DNA of 63,797 nucleotides, filler included, from Hyphochytrium catenoides (Eukaryota > Protista > Hyphochytriomycota): NCBI GenBank assembly GCA_900088475.1. It is 10 parts of 10 records of this genome, joined end to end, with 100 filler letters (N's around TTAATTAATTAA, not from the genome) between each part and the next. Parts side by side here need not be neighbours in the genome. Positions count along the whole stretch, not along the records: positions 1 to 15,094 come from FLMG01004642.1; 9 more parts are not named here. One strand, written 5' to 3'. The notes under the pieces are model-generated. The model did no database searches. It was not told the DNA's origin and saw only the letters and a program-made list of their open reading frames with translations. The position numbers were made by a program, and so were the translations under genes. Below, in pieces: positions 1 through 12,038 of this stretch (its first letter is position 1; each line of letters opens with the position of its first letter).

Positions 1-34
1 GAGAGAGAGAGAGAGAGAGAGAGACCGCGCGGGC

Positions 35-68
<34 letters not shown>

Positions 69-213
69 CTAGAGTGGAGATTAGGCCTTAAGCTGGCTAT
101 GTAGCAATGACTCAGCTGGATTTTGGCCAGGAGAGTTGCGAAGAGTGTAAAGAACAGTAGGCGTCCACCAGAGAAGCAACCGCTGCCACAGTAGATAAAT
201 GGCTGTGTCTCAC

Positions 214-650
214 CTTATGCTCCAACCAGTTCCTGTCTCCACAAGTATCTGCCTTTAGATCTCTCCCTGCAGCGGTAGCAGCCGCGTGCCTCGCCTTCCG
301 CCTCTCTTTAATGTGCTCATAAATCTGAAGAGAGACATGTGACAGTCAGAGCCAGTCCGGACGGATTGGCAGATGCAGGCAGTACATTGCCAAGAGACAG
401 AAGAGACGACGGCGCAGAGAGAGAGCGCTACGAAGAATTGACGAAGAGATATAGAGAGACAGCGATAGGTAAGATAAAGCTAAGGAATAGCAAGTCGACG
501 GAATGGAAAGCGTGACTAAGGGTCCTTGACGGTCTGGAGCTGCCACAGCGACCAAGAAGACAAGGCATTCCATATCTAATTATAAGAGAGGCACACCTCG
601 ACGTTCGTTAGCACAGCATCCGCGGCATTGAGCACATCAAACTGGACCAT
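214..650 (-). CDS. RPC9: RNA polymerase III subunit RPC9/C17 (CRCP, Rpb4 family), first two coding exons; gene continues beyond window start
   Basis: Exon 650-597 (MVQFDVLNAADAVLTNVE) and exon 324-214 (IYEHIKERRKARHAAATAAGRDLKADTCGDRNWLEHK) join in phase 0 at GT-AG sites; resembles the RPC17/CRCP N-terminus (LSNxEV...). Absent from the ORF track. Confidence 0.6.
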
Positions 651-920
651 GGTTCAGATACTTCTTCTAGACCACACAACAGCTGAACTGCCCTCCGCCA
701 CCTTCGCTTCCTTTGTCTGTCCTCTCACCCTAGAACCGCCGCCTGCTAAGCCCAGCCTCAGCACCTGACTGGCCTCTCTCTCTTGTTTCCGTGGTAGGAG
801 GATCTCTGTCTCCTAGCCGCCAGCGCTGCCTGATAGCTGAGACGCCTTCAGACTTCATACGAAGGGAAGCTCCCCATGGTCGGCCCTCGATAAGGGGCCC
901 AACCACCAGAAAAACGCTGT

Positions 921-1043
921 GTTGAATGACAGGGAAGCGTGACAGTTTACCTCCTAAACACTGTTAACGGCTATCTAAAAGACACAGGGTTGAATGACAG
1001 GCAAAGGGTGACAGTTTACCATCAAAATAGTCGCTAACGGCCT
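921..1043. repeat. Imperfect direct repeat, two copies of about 52-55 bp
   Basis: gttgaatgacagg...gtgacagtttacc...taacggc at 921 and 989. Confidence 0.8.
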
Positions 1044-1465
1044 CATGCAAGAGAGTTTTACCGGTCCGAAGGTTAGCTTTTGACGGTTAGCGGCTCGTTT
1101 TGGAGGATGTTGAGGGCTTATAACCGACCGAATGCTGAGGACGGAACAGGGAGGGAGAGAGAGTCGCGGGTGGCGAGCAAGCAGGAGAGGCAGGTCTCCA
1201 GGGTGGGAGACAACGGAAGCGCCGAGAGGTGTGAGGCGGAAGCTCTAGATGAGGAAGAAGGCGGCGAGGTGTTGGCCGTCGCAGTCGAGCGGGAGCCTCT
1301 GAGCGAACGATCCCTAGCTGATTGAAAAGACCACGGCGCAGAGGCCTCAAGGGTTTAAGATCTGAGCTGAGGACCGTTATCTAATAGAACTAAGGATGCC
1401 TTGCTGGGGTCTCATCATCTGACAAGAGGTCTATAGTCTATTAGAGGATAATTGAGTCTATCGTT

Positions 1466-4400
1466 TTATACGACGTTCAACTCTCCCTCTTCCTCCATCT
1501 CTCCCTTCGGTTGACTTCCTCCTTGGCCCTTATGCCGCATCTCTCTTCTGTCCTTCTCCATTCCCCCTATCGACCTATCACCTTTCTTTTTAGAGAGAGC
1601 TGAGGCGGGTAGAGATGGAAGGCAATGAGCCTTCACTTGAATGAGGAGCAGGAGATAACCAGCACTGGTGAAGAATGCGCAAAAGAAGAGTAAAAGGAGA
1701 ATGTCCGAGTGCTGACTGCGGTAGTTCATCCCTAGAGTCCGAAGGAAGACGTCCCCTTTGACTGGGAGAGAAGCGAAGTCTACGATGAAGAAGGCACCAA
1801 CGTCAGAGACAGGAGGGCACGGAAAACAAGGGGTAAAGGCGACCTCCAACAGCAGAGTTATAATGGACAGCAAACAACCAAGTCAAACAAGAGAGAGACG
1901 ACCCAAGAAGATAGCAGAACCCTCACCTTTCGCATTGAAATCCAGCACAATTCCCTCCAGCTCATTAGTGAGGAGGATCTCGAAGGCATATTTGAAGGGA
2001 GAGAGGAAGCAGAGGAAGGAGAAGAGAGAAGAAAGAGAGTCCATATTCACCAGAAAGCCACCGAAGAGGAGGCAGAGGAGCAGAAACAAAGAAGCGAGAA
2101 GGTTTGCCTCCCCAACTTTTTTGCAAAGCAGAGAAGTGCAAAGACATATCCCTCCGCAGCAAATGTTGAAGAGAGTGAGAGTGAGACAGAAGATAGAGAA
2201 GTGAAGGACGCCACTCCGCAAGCCCATCAATGGGTAGAAGATGCTGCCATGAGAGAGAAAAAAGAGGTAAGTCAGAGTAAGAACTAGAAGAAGCGGCGCG
2301 GAGAGATGCATGTAAGAGAGAACAGTGTTGATACAGAAGGAATCGATATCGCTCCCTTGTCTGATGTTTAGCAGAAGGAAGCTTAGGGTACAGCGAAGCT
2401 CTCAGCCTTCGCAAGCGAAAATGGTGTATCCTCCGAAGAGAGAGGAGTAGCTATGAATGAAACAGCAATTGCTGGTTGGCAGCGAAGTAAAGAGGGAGAG
2501 GCGTCGTCGTCTTACATTGAGAAGAGGAAGGAGGGGAGAACCCTCAGTGTGAAGGTGTCCAGGTAGAGCTTGGTCACATAGTACGCAAAAGCACCATAAT
2601 ACTGGGCGCCTAGGTAGGATCCGGCACGCGAAACCAATCAAGAGAACAGTCACATGAGTTTGCAGCCCAAAGCCTGTTGGTTTGGGAGCACCAAAGCCTC
2701 TCCCTCTCTCTCTGCCCTCTCTCTTTCTTCTCTTCTCCATGGCTCCCTCCCTAGACCAATCTGTCTAATCTCTTTCTCGCTCTGTGCTCTCTCTTTTCCT
2801 CTTTAACAATCTTATTTATTTCTCAATACGCCCCTCCCTCCTCTTCTTTACTTCTTCTCCACTCACCTGCTTCCCTTCTGAAGATGTCTCTTTCCCCTAT
2901 GAAGATGTCCATGGAGCTCAAGCTGGCGAAAGCGAAAAAGGTGAGAAGGAAGAAGAAGGCCCCGCTCCTGTTCTGGAATCCCGCAAGGTCATCGGTAACA
3001 TTAGAAAAGATGAGCCCAGAAAAGAAAGAGAGTGCAAGAGATGAGAGGAGGTGAAGGCGGAGAAGGGAAGGATGCCGGAAGGTGATTAGTGCTGTTCTTC
3101 TGAAAAGAACAGGCACTTCGACGAGGAGGATGTGAGAAAGTTTCTGTTGGACACTTTGCAGGGAGAGAGAGTTGTCCTTTCTCTCTTCCCTCTCACTTCC
3201 ACTCGCAGCATCCGAGAGAAGAATGTCAACTGTCTCAGCCAGACTGTGGATAGAGACAGCAGGCGATATGCCCCCACTTTCACTCCTCCCCTTATCGCTC
3301 CTTGTCTCTTCGTTGCTCTCCTCATGTCCAGTCTTTAGCTCTTCTCTCTCTTCTTTCTTCTCTTCCTCCTCCTCTTCTTCTGGACCCGTAATAGTAAAGG
3401 TTGAAGAACTGGTCAAGGGCTTGAGGGCTTGCAAGGTTGAGGGCCGAGATACCAAGTCAAGCATGTGCTCCGCTATATTCTCGCCCTGCATGTGACACAT
3501 TTGAGGTCAGCGAAGTGATGCTCATCACTACTCCTATCCCTTTCTCCCCTAGAAGCCTTGGTGACAATGGTGTTACCTATACCCCTTACCCACAGTCTGT
3601 CCTACCATTGTCCTTAAATTGTCTCCCACATCGCATGGTTAAACTTCAGAGCTCTTACCATAGGACAAGGAAAGCCTTTGCTCGCGAAATAGTCTGCAGC
3701 ATGGCTTGGTGACCCCTGGAAGACTACTGAGCCCTTAGCCAGAAGGAGTAGCTGGTCCAATAGTAGGAAACATTTCGCAGTAGGTTGGTGAATCGAGAGA
3801 AGGACCGTCCTTCCTTTCGTTGTGAGGGACTTTAAGAGTTGAACCTGTGGACATTATTGTGACATTAGCATGCGTGCCTGGGGAGAGAATGATTGCACGA
3901 ATGCAAGGAAACGCTGGAAGATAATTCACCGGTTAAGGCGGAGACCCATTAAAAGAGGGAGATACAGAGAAGGAAACCGGAAGGCCCCGACAAAGACGAA
4001 GCAGACTCTCCCGCCAAATACCTAGGGAGGCTCTTAATATGGATAGGGCGAGGCTTACAGGGAGAGGAAAGGAGGAGCCAGATGACATCCTTGACAGCGA
4101 GTGTAGTTCTTACCACTTGATAGGCCGACGTTGAGTCCAGGCCCGAGACGCACTCATCGAGGAAGATAAACTTAGGACTATGGACTAGTTCCATTCCTAT
4201 GCTCACTCTTCTTTTCTCCCCTCCTGAGATACCGCGTGTCAATCGATCACCGATCCGACTATCAGCCACATGCTGCAGAGAAAGTTCAAAGAGGATGCCC
4301 CTCACTATCTCTCTCTTTCTTTCATGGGAGAGTGAAGAGGGAAGGCGCAGCTCAGCTGCGTACTGTATACATTCCCTGACTGTCAGGCTGGAGAAGAGGC

Positions 4401-6403
4401 GGTCCTCTTGCTGGACAAAGGCCGAGGATCGTCCAAAGCTTCTATTGCGTGGAAGTCCCTCTATCATAATGTCACCTGTGTCACGAGCGCGTTAGCAATG
4501 GCATCAACAAACATGCGGACTCCTTGCATCTTCCAGCCCAGGCCTAGTCTAATATATCCACTATTCGTCGTCCATTACGAGCTTCTGAGCTTTCCAGCGC
4601 TGCTTACCAGCTACAAGCCTTGCTAATCCAGTACTCACTCCTGCCAGCACAGATAGGAGTGTTGTCTTGCCGGCGCCGCTGGGCCCAAGGAGGCCAACCA
4701 GCGACCCAGAAGAGACAGACCCGGAAACCGAATCAAGAAGCAACGGAAAGCTACCCATTTCTGGTTGTCCTTCCCTGCCGCGCCTCTCTTTTGCTTTCGT
4801 AGGGAAGAGGCGGACGGTAAGGTTCTTGAAGACCAGCACCTCTTTTTGCCCAACAGCATAGCGAATGTTAGGACTATGCTGAGCAGCGCGGAGGTTCTCC
4901 GCTTCTCCTTTGTCGCCATTGTTCGGGTTCTGAGCGAGGCCACTCTCAGACCGTTTCTTCGTCCAAGGAAGGCTGAGGACTGATGGTCGAGGAAAAACAA
5001 ACAGGCACCAAGAAAACAGAGAGGTCGATCAGGGTCAAAGTCTATAGGTGTAAGGAAACAAATGTAAGACCCGGTAGAGAAAACATCCTCTAAAGTGAAG
5101 TGACAATAGTCAACGTATGAGAAGCGTGACCAAACTTGAGAGCCAATGTCAGGGTTAAGGGGCCCAGCGTGAACATCAGAGATGTCGGAAGCAACTTCCT
5201 GCTACTTGCGCTGACCTGCTTCATTGAGTGCTGCAGCGGGCAGAAGAGCTAATAGAAGGCCTGCCAGAGCTATCAGCAGGCCAAGAAGAGAGAATACGGT
5301 CCGCCGCAGTTGGGTCTCCATCGCACTCATCTCCGCGGGACAGACAGGGCGCAGTGCCAGCTCTTTCTTGGCACTCAAGGGTAGGCAAGTGCGAGAGAAA
5401 CAGGAAGCCGTCAAGTCTCCAACCGCTGTTAAGATAAGGAAACAGGATTAATCGAGGGAAATGTTAGACGAGTTCTGGGCTAGGCGTGTGACACAAGGAC
5501 CCCTCAGGGCCTGAAGGTGTACCGGCTTAGTTAGGGCAAGGACATAAAGGTGACATGGCCAGAAGATGAGCGAGAAGGAGTGGACGATGATGAGAGCTCC
5601 GTCTTCGGCAAGTGCTTACGTGATTCTTTGATGCTGACAGCACAGTCTGAGCCATCCTCCTTGGTACATCTGACCGTGGCTTCTCCTTTGATTTGCTGGA
5701 CAATGGATTGGACAACTTGCGAGACTGCTCCCTCTCCTGAGGAGCATGAGGAGTTCCCACAGTGTATTCTCAGCCCTTCCTCTGCCCCATTCTCTCCTCC
5801 TCCCGCCGAGCAATCAAGTAGGGAGCAGTCAACGATGTGGCGTTGCTTGGCACTGAAGACTTCCAACTTGCACTTGCCCTCCCTACATCCGCCCATCTCA
5901 CAGGAGAGATCTACAAGTCCTCCTTCCAAGAGTTGCAGGGCCGCCCCAGACAGAGAGCACTGAAAATTCTTCCTTTCCTCTGCCGGTTTTAGCAGTAGCG
6001 ATGACTGGCAGAATGAGCCAGACGGACAGACAGAGTCGTTCTGACAGAGATTGCATTGCACCCCCGAGAAGCCCACCGGGCAGCAGACCTGAGTGGTGTC
6101 ATTCAGGACTTTTCCTTCAGGACAAGCGCTGGCAGCAGAAGTTGGGAGGGAGCTCGGCGTGGAGATGGAGGCAGTAGTAGGGACTGCGCTGCGGCTTTGA
6201 AGATCTGTGGGAAAGGGAGCAGGAGCATGCGGTGGTCGAGAAGCTGGGGGCGGGACGGTGACAACTTCATGGGCTGAGCATGGGAGAGAAAGAAGGCTGC
6301 CACAGCCAGTGAGGGCCAGCCCGACAAGGCAGACCAATACACGGAGCTGCCATGGCTTGGTACTCAGACGTCTCTGCACATACTTGGTTATCCTGCTATC
6401 CAT
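1466..6403 (-). CDS. ABCG (White/ADP1-type) half transporter with N-terminal hydrophobic leader and Cys-rich EGF-like ectodomain; multi-exon
   Basis: Cys-rich exon (CPVGFSGVQCNLC), TM segment 5202-5414, Walker A GPSGAGKTT, Q-loop FVQQED, signature ISGGEKRRVSIG, Walker B FLDECVSGLD, H-loop SIHQP (exon about 3657-3844), ENIAEHMLD, ABC2 membrane domain (GFQNRSGAFFF, LFGGFLVN, SPFKYAFE); TAA stop at 1466. Confidence 0.9.
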
Positions 6404-6559
6404 GGTACTTCCAGCGATAGAGCTCGTCTCTCACTTGTCGTCCATCGTCCTCCCTAGCTTCAGAAGTCCAGCTAGAATAGACTTGCGCTACTCGCCTATT
6501 CTCCGCAGGCGCTATCAACTGATGAGGCTCTGAAGCTGACGGACAGCTGAGAAAGCAGA

Positions 6560-6669
6560 AAAGCTGAGAGGAGAGAGAGAGCAGTCCATCAAGAGAGGAG
6601 ACAGATGGAGAGAGTGACAGCAGATAGAGAGAGAGTGCGAGAGAGAGAGAGCGCGCGACAGAGAGAGAG

Positions 6670-6709
<40 letters not shown>

Positions 6710-7310
6710 AGAGAGAGAGAGAGAGAGAGAAGAAAGAGGTGGCGATGATCATCATCTCGAGTCCTCTTTCCCAAGAGATATTGTTAGTTGTCATCATGAC
6801 CCAGACAGATCTAAGATGAGGGCCAACATATCCTTAATATAAAAACAAAGACGAGCTGTTATTTCAGATACGCATGCGAATCTGATTCCTATCTCAAAGA
6901 CCAAACCTTCTGCATGAAAGAATGGGAAGGTTGAGAACGAAGCTTTCCCGAGTTATCGATATAAATGTCAAGGTAAAGTTTCCTAACACAAGAAATACTT
7001 CAACATGGTTGGACTTGAAACTTTTCGGCCTCTCACAGCTGAATCCTCCAGTAGTGTCTGTAATCCCCTCGGCCGGCCCGCTTCCAAAAGGAAAACGTTA
7101 CGTATGACAGCTGCGAGCTCTCTGTCTCTCCCTCTCTGTCTCTCCCTCACTCTGTCTCTCCCTCTCTCTCTCTCTGTTTTTCTCTCTCTCTCACACATAC
7201 GAAGTGCCTCTCTCTTTCTCTCTCTTTCTCTTGTCTCCTTAACACATTAAAATCTCTCTCTCTCTCGCTGTATCGCTCTCTCACTCACTCTCTCACTCTT
7301 GCTGTCACTC

Positions 7311-7388
<78 letters not shown>

Positions 7389-7400
7389 CTCTCTCTTTCT
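6560..7400. repeat. (GA)n tract (about 6560-6735) and (CT)n tract (about 7120-7400) flanking the divergent ABCG/LCB2 intergenic core
   Basis: Directly visible dinucleotide microsatellites. Confidence 0.9.
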
Positions 7401-7627
7401 CACTGTCCTGTGTCCTCTACCTCTCTCCTGACTGCTTGCAGCCTCCTCCGCCCTTGCGACTCCCATGAGCTCGAGGAAGATCTTCATTAAACTCCCGACG
7501 GACCAAAGGGACATCATCTGCAGGCAGAGTTCAGAGTTTAAAGAGAGAGACTATACGTCATTCTCTCGCTGTTGAAGAGATAAAAGCCGCTGAAACCGCA
7601 GAGCCTCCTCGTCGAAAAAGAGAGAAA

Positions 7628-10600
7628 ATGGCGCCGGCAAAGTCTGGGGAGACAAGGGCGAATGGCGTGCACAGCGGTGGGAAGAAGAGAGAGAGAGAAA
7701 AGACCGTTGATGCTTCTTCTAAGAAGAGATCTTTGAAGGATGAGAACCCGATCACCTGGTTTGCGGCGCTAACAACCTACCTGGGCTACTCTATCCTTAT
7801 CATGTTCGGTCATCTCAGAGACTTTGTCGGCAATTTACTGGGCATATCCAGGTATCTGGCCACCGTGCCACCCAAGGTAGGATCCCAGAGTGAGAACAAA
7901 GAGAGAGAGAGAGAGAAAGAGAGAAGGTTTTGCTTATAACTAGCGACGGAGATAGGGAGAGAAAACGGAGTGGAAGAGAGAAAGAACGGCAAGTCTAATA
8001 GCAAAATGTTCAGTTTGCTCCTTCGTTTCCTCTTCCCTCACTTCTCAAGCTCTCTTCCGTCTCTTCATCTCTCTAACTTCTTCTCCCTCACACATTTGCT
8101 CTCACAGGGGTACGCGCCTCTCTTCAAGTCGTGGGAGAACTTCTATCAGAGGCGCTTGTTCCACCGCATTCAGGATTGCTGGGACCGTCCCATCTGCAGC
8201 GCGCCGGGTGCTCACATTGAAGTCGTGGAGAGAGGAAGTAGGGATGGGATGAGGTCCATGTAGTAAGTCAACGGCGCTCGTAGAGTAGTGTCCATTCCCT
8301 GTCCTAAACCAACGCCATCTTCTCTTCTTTTCTCTCTCTCTCTTTCTCTCTGTCTCTCTCTTTCTCTCTCTGCCTCTCTTGCTTTGGTTCGGCCACCATC
8401 TGCCTTGTATCTTCTCTTCACATCTGTCTCTCGCCGCCTTATCCTTTCCTCTCGATCTCCTTCCCTTTTCGTCGTCTTTCCATCTCTCTTTCTCTCTTTC
8501 CTCTCTGTCTATCTCCTATCCGTCTAAAAGTATCTGTCTCTTCTCTCGCTCGATGGCTCTTCAGCCTCACAGATAAGACGAAGAATCTATTAAATCTTGG
8601 CTCATACAACTACCTGGGCTTCGCGGACGATTGGGACGTATCATGCAAGAAGGAAGTCATCACGTGTCTGGACAACTTCTACGTCAGCTGCAGCAGCGCT
8701 AGGCAAGACTTAGGTAAGTGATCCGCTCTCTCTCTCTCTGTCTCTCTCTTGCACACACACACACTCTCTCTCTCTCTCTCTTTCTCTCTTCCTCTCTATC
8801 TCAGGCTTTTTCTTTAAGTGGGAATAGCTTTTTGCTTAGCGGTTGAGCTTCTTGGGAGTCTATCCCCATCTTCTGTCTCTTTGTATCTCTTGTCTCCTTC
8901 GTTTCCTTGTGTCTAAACTGTACCTGTGAGATGATCGCCCCGCTTCCCATCACTATTATCTCTCTCACTAACGCCGCTTGGGCGTAATCGAGTCTTTCTC
9001 CTTTGTCTGCCTAAAGAGCTAAGCTGTGGATGCTGCCTTCTGTCGCTGTCTCTATTCTTCCACAGGGACGACTACTCTGCACAAGGAGCTCGAGGAAGAG
9101 ATTGCCAAGTTTGTGGGCAAGCCTGCAGCCATCGTGTTTGGCATGGGATATAACACCAACGCCACCGTCATCCCAGCGATTATGGGAAAGGTTAGACAGC
9201 GGACTGGGTCTGAGGAGGAAGGGATGACTAGATATGGAACAAGGGAAAGACACCTAGATCAGTGCTGCGAGAGAGACAGGAAAGATCGACAGAGAGAGAG
9301 ACAGACTAGTTTGAAGAACTGGTTGCCATGATTCTGTGGCCCAGAGAAGGAAACAAGAACAGACATGGAGGGAGACAGAGCGAGAGAGACAGAGAGAGAG
9401 GCGGGAGACGAGAGGGGTAAGATGATGGGGTAGGGAGAGGACTGGCTGATTGACCTATCGCACTATAGGGCACTCTGATCCTGAGCGATAGCCTGAACCA
9501 CACTTCCATTGTCAATGGCTCTAGAGCTTCGGGAGCCAGAATCAGAGTCTTCCGACACAATGGTGAGTCCTCCCAGTTACCAGCTCCTTACGCTATTACT
9601 CTTCCCTTCTCCTCCTCTCCGACCTGGCTTCCGTGAATAATGGGCATTATTGAGCTTGGCTTCTGTCTCTGTCGTGCTTTCTCCTGTCCTCGTGTCCATG
9701 GGCACAAGATGTGGCGGATTTGGAGGATGTTCTTCGTGAGGAGATCATAAGGGGCCATCCGCGGACCCACCGGCCTTGGCGTAAGATCCTCATCATGGTA
9801 GAAGGAATCTACTCAATGGAGGGAGAGTGCTGCGACCTCAAGAGCATCGTAGAAATTAAGAAGAAGTACAAGGTAACTGCGAGGTTCTTTATCCATATGG
9901 TCTTCCTATGTTCACGGCTTTGCTCTTGGTACCTTCGTCCTTCCTGTACAGGCTTACCTGTATGTGGACGAAGCTCACAGCATTGGCGCTCTGGGAAAGG
10001 TAGGTGGACTGGTAGCGGTGCCTGTGGCAGGGCAGCTCCTTTTGGATCTACGGCTCTCTCTCTGTTAGAATCCTTTTTCTCTGTGAGCCTCTTGCCGTCG
10101 AAGATTGTCTAATCATCTCGCTTCTAACTACTACGGCGCTTTGCCATATGGCACCACCACCAGACCGGGCGTGGTATATGTGAGCAAGCAGGCGTGGATC
10201 CATCCGATGTTGACGTCCTGATGGGAACCTTTACTAAGTCTTTCAGTGGGATGGGAGGCTACATCGCAGGATCGGAGGTGCTTTTCTCCATTCTTACTTG
10301 CCCTCTCCGTCTTTTGATAAGATGATCCTTTGTTCTCTTCGTAGTAACGGCCCCTTCCTCGCTTCGCCTTTCTTTGGCACTGCGGCACACGTTAGGATCG
10401 GTTGCTATCTGCTATTCTCTATCTCCGAATTGCTTGTCCTAAGGTGTTGACGTCCATCTTTCTTCGTAGGAACTGATTCGCGTGTTGCGCGCTACTACTG
10501 GCGCCTCTGCGTACACAAACAGTATGAGTCCAGTGGTGTGCAAGCAAGTGCTGCAGGCCCTAAGGGTTATCAAGGGGGAAGATGGCACAAACATTGGCAA

Positions 10601-10896
10601 GAACAAGCTCCAGGCCGTCAAAGACAATAGCAACTACTTTAGAGAAGTAAGACGAAAGTGAAGAGAGAAGAAGGTGGAGAAAGGCAATCTCTAGCCCAGC
10701 AGTGCCAGGGAAACAGAGAGAAAGTGAGGAAAGAGCAATCGACAGCAATCGAAACCTCAAAGAGACCAAACCTAAGGGAGAAACGTAGGGCAAAGCGGGA
10801 GACCAAGAAAGGGACGAACAAGAAGTGGCAGAAGCTGGATTGGAGGGCAGAGTGACTCTTGAGAGGAGAGTTGATAGTGTCTGCTTAGAAAAAGCG

Positions 10897-10951
<55 letters not shown>

Positions 10952-11568
10952 AATCTTACTTTGTGTTTGTTTCCTACACTTGCAGAAACTGATGGACCTC
11001 GGTCTGGAGGTCTTCGGTGACCGTGATTCGCCGGTGATTCCTATAATGCTGTACAACCCCTCCAAGATTGCTGCCTTCTCCAGGGAGTGCTATAGCAGAG
11101 GGGTAAGTAGAGACAAAGAGCAGCTTTCTAGAGAAGTGGGAGGGACAGAGGGAGCGCGAAGCAACGATTCACATAGAGAAGAATGGATGGGACCTGGAAG
11201 GAAAGCTTGAACCTAGTGATAGACGCAGCGCTGAGTGCGGGCTCTTAGTTCAAGACGTTGCCAACATATCTATTCGTCTCTGCCTCAAGATGTTATCCTC
11301 CCTTTTTTCCCTGTCGCTTGTCTCTTTTTATCTTGTGCTCCCCTGCATAGAACCCTCATAACCCAGGCTTTCTCTCATGTAATCCCTCCTGCATCTCCAG
11401 TTGGCCGTGGTGGTTGTTGGCTTCCCTGCCACTCCTCTCGTGCTCTCGCGGGCCCGCATTTGCGTCTCGGCTGGCCACTCACGTGAGGATCTTGACTTTG
11501 CACTGAAGCAAATCGATGAGATCGCTGATCTGCTCAAGCTCAAGTACAGGCTGAGTACCTTTGGCTGA
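7628..11568 (+). CDS. LCB2: Serine palmitoyltransferase catalytic subunit LCB2/SPTLC2, 11 exons
   Basis: Exons give [74 protein letters not shown]-lysine motif [18 protein letters not shown]; all ten introns GT-AG; TGA at 11566-11568. Confidence 0.96.
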
Positions 11569-12038
11569 GAGCTCCCACCTTCTCCCGCTCTCGACCTATG
11601 TTCCACATACCTTCGCCCTTCTCTGCTTTTCTCTTGGAGCTGTATCCCTGTCACACTATAACATGATCTGCGGAAATCTCCCATTGACACGTTGAAGATA
11701 GACTGCTGGACACAGCGCAATAGTGCCCTTGCTTCTCCCTGTGTTTCTGTATCTCTCGCGCCGCTGTCGCCAAAGATGCCTCCGCTTGCCTCACTATCTA
11801 AACTTTATAATGCTCAAGCGATATCCTTCCTTTATTTGCATCGGCTGAAGGCAAAGCTCTGCCTCTCAATGGCCATAGATTACTATTGAAATGTGTGCCT
11901 CGATCTCTTTAGTTTCCTCTCTGCTCTTCGATATGTGGAGCCCAAACGAAAGGCTTCTGAGTGCTACTCTTCACTGTACAAGAGGAACCCAGACGAGCAG
12001 TGTCGTCCCTTCGTAGAGACATGGCTCGCCTTTGAATG

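Noticed and set aside
8255-8270. In-frame TAG TAA in LCB2 suggesting stop-codon reassignment
   Set aside because: It is a phase-2 donor (TA|gtaagt...cag|C = Tyr); TAA, TAG and TGA all end genes in this window
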